From: Eledone cirrhosa
Lineage: Eukaryota
NCBI GenBank assembly: GCA_964016885.1
Contig: OZ024756.1
Location: 15,562,001-15,626,000, forward strand
Reading direction: 5' to 3'
DNA length: 64,000 nucleotides
Shown here: in pieces, positions 1-13,400 of the stretch
Numbering within the stretch: position 1 is the stretch's first letter
Layout: every line of letters starts with the position of its first letter
The notes under the pieces: model-generated
What the model was told of the DNA's origin: nothing
The model's input: the letters and a program-made list of their open reading frames with translations, nothing else
Databases searched by the model: none
Position numbers and translations under genes: made by a program

Positions 1-555
1 TATATAAAATAACGTCCAGACCCATGCTAGCGTGGAAAATGGACGTTAAACGATGATGATGATGATGATGATGATGATGATCGTCTTTTTTAAATGTATC
101 ATGCATTACGTTAGTGATTAAATAAGACAAGTGTAACGCAGTCTTCGTTCAATTTCTATGTATTATATATTGTCAATTACGATTTTATTTGATGTATCAT
201 ATCTACATGTATATATACTTGTGTATAATATCAATATACACACAACACATGCTAGCAGAAAACCACTCGTGGGTGGTTTTTCTGCTAGTACATATAATGA
301 TATGATGTATAAATCATCACAGTTTAATGTCCATTTTTCCATGCTAGCATGGTCTATATGAGTTGTCTCATTGTGAGACAAATAGATATAAACGTATTTA
401 TATGATAAAAGCTGACCTTGCCCAATTGCACCTCTCAAAGGCAATGACACAGGACCGAGACCTCTGGCGTTAGGCAGTAATACAGAAGACTCATGGGTTC
501 CCACGGGTACAAGCCGAAGCTGAAGCGTATAGACATTATGTCCCCACACCCCTCC

Positions 556-1440
556 CACTGTAATGTGGTCGTGTAGGCGTGTGTCACAACAAAAAGCACC
601 CAGTCCACACTGCAAAGTGGTTGTGTAGGTGTCACAACAAAAAGCACCCAGTCCACACTGCAAAGTGGTCATGTAGGTGTCACGATAAAAAGCACCCAGC
701 CCACACTGTAAAGTGGTTATGTAGGTATCACAACAAAAAGCACCCAGTCCACACTGTAAAGTGGTCATGTAGGTGTCACAACAAAAAGCACCCAGCCCAC
801 ACTGTAAAGTGGTCCTGTAGGTGTCACAACAAAAAGCACCCAGCCCACACTGTAAAGTGGTCATGTAGGTGTCACGATAAAAAGCACCCAGCCCACACTG
901 TAAAGTGGTCATGTAGGTGTCACAACAAAAAGCACCCAGCCCACACTGTAAAGTGGTCATGTAGGTGTCACGATAAAAAGCACCCAGCCCACACTGTAAA
1001 GTGGTCCTGTAGGTGTCACAACAAAAAGCACCCAGTACTCACTGTAAAGTGGTCCTGTAGGTGTCACAACAAAAAGCACCCAGCCCACACTGTAAAGTGG
1101 TCATGTAGGTGTCACGATAAAAAGCACCCAGCCCACACTGTAAAGTGGTCCTGTAGGTGTCACAACAAAAAGCACCCAGTACTCACTGTAAAGTGGTCCT
1201 GTAGGTGTCACAACAAAAAGCACCCAGCCCACACTGTAAAGTGGTCCTGTAGGTGTCACAACAAAAAGCACCCAGTCCACACTGTAAAGTGATCCTGTAG
1301 GTGTCACAACAAAAAGAACCCAGCCCACACTGTAAAGTAGTCGTGTAGGTGCCACAACAAAAATCACCCAGTCCGCACTGTAAAGTGGATGTGTAGTTGT
1401 GTGTCACAACAAAAAAGCACCCAGTACTCACTGTAAACGA
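556..1440 (+). repeat. 60-bp minisatellite (~14 units) expanded inside a SINE body
   Basis: Unit cacactgtaaagtggtcatgtaggtgtcacaacaaaaagcacccagcc, followed by the SINE 3' tail. Confidence 0.9.
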
Positions 1441-1739
1441 GGTTGGTGTTAGGAAGGGCATCCAGCTGTAGAAATCAAGCCAGAATCAGTTCCTGTATGA
1501 GCAAGACATGGTCACCTGACCTGGCATTGTCCACAACTGAACAACCCGTCTGACCCATGCTAGTGTGGAAACATTGAAGTAAAACAGAGATATGATGATG
1601 ATGATGATATATATATATATATGTGTGTTGTGGTATATGGGGGGGGGGGGGTGATTGTGATGATGGTGGCAATGATGATGATGATGGTGATGATGATGAT
1701 GATGATGATGATGACAATAATGATAATTATGAAACAAAC

Positions 1740-2005
1740 CATTCCATTTGGTGGAGAAAGATAACGATGCTGATTATTATTATCATCAGAGCTGTCATCC
1801 AGAGATTTCTTCGTCACTTTCCCCTTCCTCCATTCTTTTAGCAGATCTCCATCACCACCACCACTGAACACTGCATTGGTATTGACACTGCCTCTACCAC
1901 CGCCACCACTACCACCACCTCCACCACCGCCTCTACCACTGCCACCACTACCACCGCCGCCATAGTCTTGGAATAGTCTTTCTCTTCTTTCCACATGACC
2001 TTCAC
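1740..2005 (-). CDS. PROSER3-like exon with poly-Gly tract ([19 protein letters not shown]...YLSPPNGM)
   Basis: T-rich acceptor ending aaacag, open frame, GTTTGT donor, phase 1 to 0. Confidence 0.65.
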
Positions 2006-3305
2006 CTGTTTGGTGACAAAACAAAAACAAAATACTAAATAAACAAAAATATATATAAATATAGCCATTGCTATCATAGATACCACACACAGACACACAC
2101 ACCTCCCATATAGGTTACATACACTGCACACACCACACACCCTACACACATACATACACCACATACACAATACCACACACCACACACTACACACCACACC
2201 ACACCACACACACATTCACCACACACCCTACTCACATACATACACCACATACACCATACCGCACACCACACACCACAAACCACCACATCACACACACATT
2301 CACCACACACCCTACACACATACATACACCACATACACCATACCGCACACCACACACCACACACCACCACACCACACACACCAAACACACATTCACCACA
2401 CACCCTACACACATACATACACCAAATACACCATACCACACACCACACCCTACTCACATACATACACCATACCACACACCACCACACCACACACCACACA
2501 CACATTCACCACATACCCTACACACACACATTCACCACATACCCTACACACATACATACACCACACACACCACATACACCATACCACACACCACATACCA
2601 CACCACACCACACCACACACCCTACTCACATACATACACCACATACACCATACCACACACACCACACACACATTCACCACACATCCTACACACATACATA
2701 CACCACACACACCACACACATACACCACACACACCACCACACACCACACCACACCACACCACACATCACACCACACCCCACACCACACACCACACCACAC
2801 CCCACACCACACACACCACACACCACATACCACACCACACCACACACACATTCACCACACCCTACTCACATACATACACCATACCACACACACCACACAC
2901 ACATTCACCACACACACCACACACATACATACACCACACACACCACACCACACACCACACATCACACACCACACCACACCACACCACACCACACCACACC
3001 ACACCACACCACACACCACACCACACCACACCACACCACACCACACCACACCACACCACACACCACACCACACCACACCACACCACACCACACCACACCA
3101 CACCACACCACACACCACACCACACCACACCACACCACACACACCACACCACACCACACACACCACACCAAACACATACAGGCAGACAATGTCAACTAAC
3201 CTGGTGAATAATTCCTTGCAGACTTCTCATTATAATTTCTATCAATGGCTGACTTACGCAACAGGCCACCCCTCACTGGTTTGGTAGGAACACTGCAAAT
3301 ATACA

Positions 3306-3358
<53 letters not shown>

Positions 3359-3706
3359 TCTACTTTTGGCACAAGGCCAGCAATTACCCCCAGTGTATTA
3401 CTGGTACTTTATTTTATCGACCCCGTAAGGATGAAAGGCAAAGTTAACCTCGGCGGGATTTGAACTCAGTCCGTAAAGGGACCTAACTGTGAATGAAGGA
3501 GTTGTGGTAAGGAACCAGGTGGACCATAACGCACCAGAGTACTCAATACTAAGGATAGTAGAGTGGGTAATAGGAAAGAGTCGGGACCCCGACGGCAGAG
3601 CTCAAGCCGTTTCGACGGCTATTTCTGGACTCCAGAAATAGCCGTCAAAACAGCTTGAGCTCTGCCGTCGGGGTCATATATATATATATATATATAAATA
3701 TATATA

Positions 3707-3797
<91 letters not shown>

Positions 3798-4628
3798 GTG
3801 TGTAATAAAGACAGACACGCTCGACACAGACATCTGAAATTGTTCATCAGAATGAAATTTTATTTGCAGTGGATCTAAGATATGGATTTCGAAAAAAGGT
3901 TAAAACACTCACACACCATAACTATCGTCTGCTTACAACAACAAATGTTTATGTTATTTATTTTACTCATTCTTCGTTGTTTTTCATTACCAATGTCTTA
4001 TAGATTTATAAATGTTATTATGGCGAATACAATAGTGTTTCTTAGTCTATTTATATATATATTTATTTTGTTGAAAGTATTTTTAGCTGGTAGAGCGACC
4101 AAGTCTTGGTGTCGTAATGTTTTTTAATCATTCGAGTAACAGTCAAGGGGAGATAGATCGTGCAGGCCTGCTGCTGTATGGGTCAAGATTTACTTCCCCT
4201 TTACTGTTAAATTGATTTGATTGCACGGAAATCTGGAATATTTATTAGGAGCGTCGTGAATAGGATTCAGAGATTCTTTTGTTTCCCCGACTTCAGTTAT
4301 TAGACTGCGGCCATACTGGAGCATCGACTTAAATGGATTAACACGGTGATATCGACACCAGCACTTATTTTTTTTTCAAGTCTGGGATGTTTCGTCGAAA
4401 TGCTATGTTACAGTCCATGAACAAACAGTAAATAGACATGTCGATCATCATTGTTATTTTTATGTCTATTTTCCATTCTTGCGTTGGTTAGACGAGCTGT
4501 CGCGCTCCAAGATCTTCCTCACACTATGATTGTATCACATTAAAAAGTGAAGTGTTTACCTCTAACACTACACATTTTTCAACCTGTCTGCTATTATATA
4601 TATATACATAAATACACACAACACACAC

Positions 4629-4681
<53 letters not shown>

Positions 4682-4779
4682 CATTCATATATATATATAA
4701 ATACATCCATATATATATATATATACATACACATATATATATATATATACATTCACATATATATATATATATATACATT

Positions 4780-4822
<43 letters not shown>

Positions 4823-5107
4823 CCCATGCTAGCGTGGGAAACGGACGTTAAACGAAGATGATGATGATGATACACATACGGCCTGTCCGCCAGGCCAGTG
4901 GGATGGCGTTATCTTATGGCTAAAACAGCACGGCGTGCTGTGAACAGCGGCGCCTATTGTCGCCCGACAGACTGGTCGGTCAAGGTGATATATATATATA
5001 TATATACATACACATATATATATATACATACACACATATATCTATACATACACACATTTATATATATATATATATACATACACATATATATATATTTATA
5101 TATACAT

Positions 5108-5157
<50 letters not shown>

Positions 5158-5859
5158 TGGCTGCCAACTCGTTTTCGAGTACAGCCACTACTTTATATCC
5201 ATGTAGGAGGACCCCTACCGATGCGCTGAAACAAGTGTGACCTTTTAGTCCAGCCAGCGACTTGAAAACTCTGGTACAAACACTACACATGTGACAATTA
5301 TTGGCACATAGTGCTGGGCCCATGGTACCATGTGACGACAAGTGCAGAGAGATCTCCAGATATAAAGCAATGCCTGTGCCGTGAAGCTTTTATAGTGAGC
5401 AAAGGCATTGCACAAAGCCAGTCCCACTCTCTTAACCAAGATAATATTTACCAAAAAGAAGAACAAGTCAACATCATTGGATACCATCAGGGTTGCAGGT
5501 GTTATATCAGAGTTTTCCTTCTCCTAGAATTCTGCCTTGACAAAGGCTAAGGGGTCATCTCTCCCGGTGATTTTGGATGGCCATTGACTCTTAAGAGCTC
5601 CTTTACCCTTTGACAGGTTTTGCTTTTAGTCCTGCAGGATGTCCAAAGTCACCCTCCTCACCAAGAAACCCTGGTGGGGTTGCCAGTTTAGTCGCCAACG
5701 ACCCGACCATGAGACAGGTTGTACTGGTATACATGTTACCAGTAGCATATATATATATATATACATACATATATACATACATATATATATACATACATAT
5801 ATATATAAATACATCCATACATATATATACAAATATATAAATACATCCATACATATATA

Positions 5860-5893
<34 letters not shown>

Positions 5894-6534
5894 CAAATAT
5901 ACATACATACATATATACATGGTGGCTGCCAACTCGTTTTCGAGTACAGCCACTACTTTATATCCATGTAGGAGGACCCCTACCGATGCGCTGAACAAGT
6001 GTGACTTTTTAGTCCAGCCAGCGACTTGAAAACTCTGGTACAAACACTACACTTGTGACAATTATTGACACATAGTGCTGGGCCCATGGTACCATGTGAT
6101 GACAAGTGCAGAGAGATCTCCAGATATAAAGCAATGCCTGTGCCGTGAAGCTTTTATAGTGAGCAAAGGCACAGCACAAAGCCAGTCCCACTCTCTTAAC
6201 CAAGATGATATTTACCAAAAAGAAGAACAAGTCAACATCATTGGATACCATCAGGGTTGCAGGTGTTATATCAGAGTTTTCCTTCTCCTAGGAATTCTGC
6301 CTTGACAAAGGCTAAGAGGTTATCTCTCCCGGTGATTTTGGATGGCCATTGACTCTTAAGAGCTCCTTTGCCCTTTGACAGGTTTTGTTTTTAGTCCTGC
6401 AGGATGTCCAAAGTCACGCTCCTCACCAAGAAACCTTGGTGGGGTTGCCAGTTTAGTCGCCAACGACCCGACCATGAGACAGGTTGTACTTAGATACATG
6501 TTACCAGTAGCACCAACTGGTGACCTGACATATA

Positions 6535-6584
<50 letters not shown>

Positions 6585-6599
6585 TATATATATAATCAG

Positions 6600-6655
<56 letters not shown>

Positions 6656-7167
6656 TCCTATGCGAGCAAGACAATCACTCTTGCCTCAAGTGGGAAAACC
6701 CCCGTCCAAACCCATGCAAGCGTGGAACACGGACGTTAAACGTTGATGATGATGATGTGTGTGTATGTAAAAGGTAAACAGAAATAACAACACAATCGGT
6801 ACAGTATATGGAAGCTATATATTAGGTTAACGCTTGACACACAAATGTATTTATCTATCTAGGGCAGGTAAAATTCCTGAGATCCATGGATATGCATATA
6901 TATATACATATATACATACAGTTTCGACGGCTATTTCTGGACTATTTCAGTCCATAAATAGCCGTTGAAACGGCTTGAGCTCTGCCGTCGGGGTTAAACA
7001 TCTAGAGTGGGTAATAACCCACTCTACTACCCTAAGTATTGAGTACGCTGGTCCATCTGCTTCCTTACCACACCTCTTTCGTTATATATATATATAGCGT
7101 GAACCTAATACCCTTTGTAACTGCGTTGATTTTTATTTTCCGAAATGTATATATATAAATATATAAA

Positions 7168-7198
<31 letters not shown>

Positions 7199-7203
7199 TA
7201 TAA

Positions 7204-7258
<55 letters not shown>

Positions 7259-8071
7259 GAGAGAGAGAAGGGGGGGTATGAGAAGAAGGAGTAGTAAACA
7301 TTATAACGAGAGTGGCAGGTAAACAGTATAACACACTCACACACACCAGTAACTATCGTCTGCTTACGACAACAAATGTTTACGTTATTTATTTTACTCT
7401 TTCTTCCTTGTTTTTCATTAACAATGTCTTATAGAGTTATAAATGTTATTATGGCGAATACGGTAGTGTTTCTTAGTCTATTTCTATATATATATATTTT
7501 GTTGAAAGTATTTTTAGCTGGTAGAGCGACCAAGTCTTGGTGTCGTAATGTTTTTTTAATCATTCGAGTAACAGTCAAAGGGAGATAGATCGTGCAGGCC
7601 TGCTGCTGTACGGGTCAAGATTTACTTCCCCTTTACTGTTAAATTGATTTGATTGCACAAAAATATCGAATATTTATTAGGAGCGTCGTGAATATGATTC
7701 AGAGATTCTTTTGTTTCCCCGACATCAGTTATTAAACTGCGGCCATACTGGAGCATCGACTTAAATGGATTAACACGGTGATATCGACACCAGCACTTAT
7801 TTATTTTCAAGTCTGGGATGTTTCGTCGAAATGCTATGTTACAGTCCATGAACAAACAGTAAATAGTCATGTCGATCATCATCGTTATTTTTATGTCTAT
7901 TTTCCATTCTTGCGTTGGTTAGACGAGCTGTCGTGCTCCAAGATCTTCCTCACACTATGATTGTATCACATTAAAAAGTGTTTACCTCTAACACTACACA
8001 TTTTTACAGCCTGTCTACTATTATATATACATATATACACACAACACACACATATATATATATAAATACAT

Positions 8072-8108
<37 letters not shown>

Positions 8109-9160
8109 CATATATATATATATACATACACACATATATATATATATACATACACACATATATATATATATTTATTTTTTTATGACCATACTGTAAAATG
8201 GAAGGGTAGAGAGGGCCCTTGAGTCTAGTAAGACATCCTCTCTAGTGCTGGTGGCACAAATAAAAGCACCCAGTCCATGCTGTAAAGTGGCGCTCGTGTT
8301 AGGAAGGGCATCCAACCAGTGTATCAATGCCAAAACGATTATTAGCACAGCAACAAGTATATAGGAACAACAAAATATGAAGACGTCGCATCTCAGAGTT
8401 GCAACACTTAATTTTGGCACTCTCAGAGGTAGATCTGCTGAAATAGCGGAGATGCTGGAGAGAAGGCATGTGGATGTGTGCTGCGTGCAAGAGGTGAGAT
8501 GGAGAGGTGCCTCTGCGAGACTAGTCGTAGGCAAACATCTTAGCTATAAGCTTTTCTGGGTAGGTAAGGATGATGGGTTAGTGGGAGTAGGCATTTTCCT
8601 GGCTGAGAGATGGATAAATAAGACAATAGAGGTAGTTCGAGTTAGTAATCGAATAATTAAGCTTAGATTAGTTGTAGCAGTCGACTACTGACAATCATCT
8701 CTGCCTATGCTCCCCAAGCAGGCCTAGGCAAAGAAGAACAAGACTGCTTTTACGAGCAACTTTTACAAACAACCGCAATGTCAGAGGACAGAGACATTGT
8801 TATGCTAGCAGGGGACTTCAATGGTCATGTTGGACAGCTCCAGGATGGTTACACTGGGATACATGGTGGGCACGGTTACGGCTCAAGAAATGAAGGAGTG
8901 AGACTTCTTGTATTTTGTGATACAAGTGCACTAACCATTTGCAACACTAACTTCAAGAAATCTACCAACCACCTAATAACCTACAAATCAGGCGAGCACA
9001 TAAGCCAGATTGACTTCTTACTAGTTAGGCAGCGGGACAGGCAGATAGTGTCTAATACCATGTATGGACATGTGATGCGCATGGAGAATGACCGATGGGT
9101 GAAGAAGTGCCAGGAAATGCCAGTTACAAGCAGGGAAGAGCGGACGTAAAATGATGATGA

Positions 9161-9199
<39 letters not shown>

Positions 9200-10366
9200 C
9201 ACACATATATATATATACATACATATATATATAACTGTTTCTACTTTAGGCACAAGGCCAGCAATTACCCAGTGCATTACTGGTACTTTATTTTATCGAC
9301 CCCGTAAGGATGAAAGGCAAAGTCAACCTCGGCGGGATTTGAACTCAGACGTAAAGGGACGTAACTATGCTGGAAAGCATGGTGTCCAACCCTCTACCAA
9401 TACTGCCAATCCACCGCCCATATATATATATAACCAAAGATTTATATGGTTCATTGATTACTCAATGAATATAGTTTTACAATAGATTAAAAGCACTCTA
9501 CAATGAAGTTTTCTGGAGTTATTAATATCATTCAGAATATTAATAAATGAAGACATTCACATAATCAAAATATATGTTTTATTATATATATTTCGAAGGT
9601 ACTGTGCTGTATTTTCAGTACGTCCTCGTCAGATAAAATACATGAATTGATGTGTGACATACCTCAATGGTCTTGATGGTTCAATTCCAGTCTTGCCAAT
9701 ACTGGAATTGAATCATCAAGAATGATATGGCCGGTATAAATGCTAAAGGGTTAAATAAATAAATAACTAGAGGAATATTTTTCAGAAAGTAAAAAAGATA
9801 GAAAAACAAAAACATATAAAAACCTTTTCTTCTTGTGATTCTGTGGAATTTTTTGGTTTAACTTCTTTGATTTCAGCCGTTTCTGGTACTGAAAATTTAA
9901 AAAACGTGCCTATATATATATATGTATATATATGTATATATATACATATATATATACATGTATAGATGATGATGATGATGATGATATATATGCATGATGA
10001 TGATGGCTGCCCCCTCGTTATCAAGTATGGCCATTGCACGATATACCATTATTAATAATTATTAATTAATTCTATCTTGCAATGCCTGTGCGTGAAGATA
10101 TTTCTTAAAGTGACTGTGCCTGAGCCAATCCCACTCTCTGAGCGACAGTAGCTAAAACCCAAAAAGAAATCAACATCATCGGTAACTACATACATACATA
10201 CATGCACACATATGAGGGTAGGCTGAAAAGTTCATTGGCTGACTATGAAGGAGTGATGCTAGAGCTGGGAAATCTTGCATGCATTAATTTCAACTCTTAT
10301 TAATAACGGCATTGTTTCTTTCCAGGGATTTAGTGATTCTATGAGTATCTTGATCAGCCTCTAACC

Positions 10367-10422
<56 letters not shown>

Positions 10423-13400
10423 AGCATATAATATTCTTCATATGCTTCTTCCACCTCTGTTATATTATGTTGATACTTACACTTATCAAGCCTCCCACGT
10501 TATATATCCTCCTAATGTTCTCGTGACAAACTTCTGATATTATATTTGTGTTTGACTTTTGTTATATACTCTGATGATTCCGGCCTTGTGCTAGGATGAA
10601 ACAATCGTAAGTGATTAAATGTTTTAAACACTTTTTGATTGTCATTTATATTGTATTATATATATGTATATATATATATATCATAATTTCAAGATGGCTG
10701 ACTAAAAACCCATACTTTCTCTCCTATATACATATATATATCATCATCATCATTTTACGTCCGCTCTTCCCTGCTTGCAAGGGTGGGACGGGTCTTATTC
10801 ACTACAGCATCTCTCCACTTGTCACGGTCCTTCGTCATCCCCACCGTGAGCTTCAGTGATCTGAGGTCTGTTCTCACCACCTACGCCCATGTTTTTCGTG
10901 GTCTACCTCTACCACGTCTTCCTTCAACTGGCATTTCCTGGCACTTCTTCACCCATCGGTCATCCTCCATGCGCATCACATGTCCATACCACCTCAGTCT
11001 CCTCTCCCGTACACTACATTCTATCCCTCTCAGACACAGTTTCTCTCTCAACCAATTCATGCTGGATCGTTCACGCACAATGACACTGCACATCCAACGG
11101 AGCATGCTTGCCTCATTTCTCTCCAGCCATCGCATATCCTCTGCAGTTGCTGCCCATGTCTCACTACCATGCAGCATCGTGCTCCGCATACAGGCATCAT
11201 ATAACCGGCCTTTCGTACGCAGGGAGAAACCCTTCTTCGTCAGCAGAGGAAGCAGCTCCCTAAACTTCTTCCAACCCGTCCTTATTCTAGATACTATGGC
11301 CTCGGAACAGCCCCCTCCCATGCTAATCTGATCTCCTAGGTACCGGAAGCTATCCACCACTTCTATAGCACCCGCCTGCATTTGAAAAATGTGTCTATCA
11401 ATGCGACTTCTACTGTCTAATTTCCCTGTACATCTACTGCATACGTATTTCTCCCTACCTGTTAGTTTGCCTGCTATCCCACTATATCTCTTGTGTACCC
11501 AGGATCTGCATTGTGTGCATTTTATAGAATTTATGCCAGTTCCTTTTCTGCATATCGAACATGGCCATTTCCCTGACGGAATCAGAATTTTGTCCTCTTT
11601 TCTACTCATCAACACTTTTGTCTTAGCTAGGTTCACTCTCAGTCCTCTTGCTTCCAACTGCTGTTTCCATAGCCAGAATTTATTCTCTAGTTCCTCTACA
11701 GATTCTGCTATAAGAACCAGATCGTCAGCATAGAGAAGTTCTCATGGACAGCCAGTCTTAAACTCCTCTGTTATGGCTTCGAGGACTATAATGAACAAGA
11801 GCGGGCTGAGGACCGAACGTTGATGTACTCCTACCTGTATCTGGAAATCCTCACTAAACTCCATTCCTACCCTGACTTTACTGACAGTACCGCTGTACAA
11901 AGTTTGCACTGTCCTCACAAGCTATTCCTCAACACCTAGTTTCCTTAAGGACCACCAGATGTCAGATCGGGTACCCTATCAAAGGCCTTCTATAGGTCAA
12001 CAAAGGCTAAGTAGAATGGCTTATTTTTCTCTAAGAACCTCTCTTGTAATTGTCTCACCCAGAAGAGGGCATCTGTTGTACTCTTCCTAGGCACAAAACC
12101 AAACTGCACCTCATCTAGTTTGACCCTTTCTCTAATTAGTTGTGCTAATATCCTTTCTGCCACTTTCATAACCTGATCCATCAGTTTTATACCCCTATAA
12201 TTGCTCCTCTCCAAAGCATCCCCTTTACCTTTGTAGCAATTTATGAGAATACTGTTGCACCAGTCTTTGGGTATGACACCACCATAAATAGCCTGATTAA
12301 TGATGCGTGCAACCAGTTTAGTGCCTACGTACCCCGATGCCTTCAGCATCTCAGCAACTATCCCAGATGGTCCAGCAGCCTTACTATTTTTCATTTCCTT
12401 AATCGCCTCTTGGACCCTATATTCATCAATCTCAATAGCTGGTCCCTCTGTCGGATGTACTGAGGGTAATTTCTCTCTCCACATTCATCAGTCTCTCATA
12501 ATGACATTTCCAGGCCTCCTTTTTCTGATCAATCGTGACACTAAGTATACCGGCATCATTCCGGACACACTTATCTCCGACAACATCCTGATTTGCATTG
12601 ACACACTGCCTTGCAATATGGAACACCGCACGCCTCTGATCTTCCCGTCGCAGAACATTAGCAAACCTCCTACTCTCAGCCTCCCTGCGTGCTAAGTACA
12701 CCTGACGTCTAGCTTCTCTCTTAGTGGCTGTATATCCTTCTCTACTCCCACCCTTTTTCCAAGCCTTCCATACTAGTCTTTTGTCTCCAATGGCCTTATC
12801 TACTGTGCTGTTCCACCACCAAGTTACTCCCTGTCTGGTTGAAGCTCTGCTCCAGCCACAAGTTTCATCAGTAACCTGCAGTAAGTTGTCACGTAAGAAA
12901 TTACAAGCCGTGTGCCTAAATTAAAATCTAAAGACATAGAGAAATAGAAAATAAGAAAAAAGAAAGAAAACCAAGAAATTGGTACCTGGGGAAGAGAAGA
13001 TTCTTGAACAGGTAATTCAGAATCTTCACCAAAGTTATTGTCATCTGAAGAACTGCCTGGTTGCCATGGAAATGATGGTGCAGCATCTCTATGGAGATCC
13101 ATCCACCAGAATTCCTTTTCTTTGTGTTTCTGTGAGTCACGCTGTGTCCTGCTTTGGGGTTCACCATAGCGAAATCGGGAGATATACCTGAAAAGCAGAC
13201 GTCAGGACACACAGAAATCACATAATTACACAGATACAGATATGTGTTGTTGTTACAGCTACACCCATGTAGATGTAGCTGCTTCCTAACAGGTTGCATC
13301 TCATAGAAGATTTCTTAGGGGACCCCAGTCCTATTACACACATATATATTCCCCTACCATCTCCCTTCCCATACACCTCCCTTGCTGTAATCATCCCACC

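Noticed and set aside
556-1440. CRISPR-like array or Cys/His-rich repeat protein (ORFs 163..960 and 579..1292; also 13472..14091)
   Set aside because: Units are contiguous with no unique spacers, derive from a SINE, and sit in introns of a eukaryotic gene; the ORFs are by-products of the repeat periodicity
3800-3855. CTGATGA on the minus strand as a possible hammerhead
   Set aside because: No GAAA and no paired stem II/III at the required spacing; the same applies to hits near 25660, 26198, 42816 and 57782
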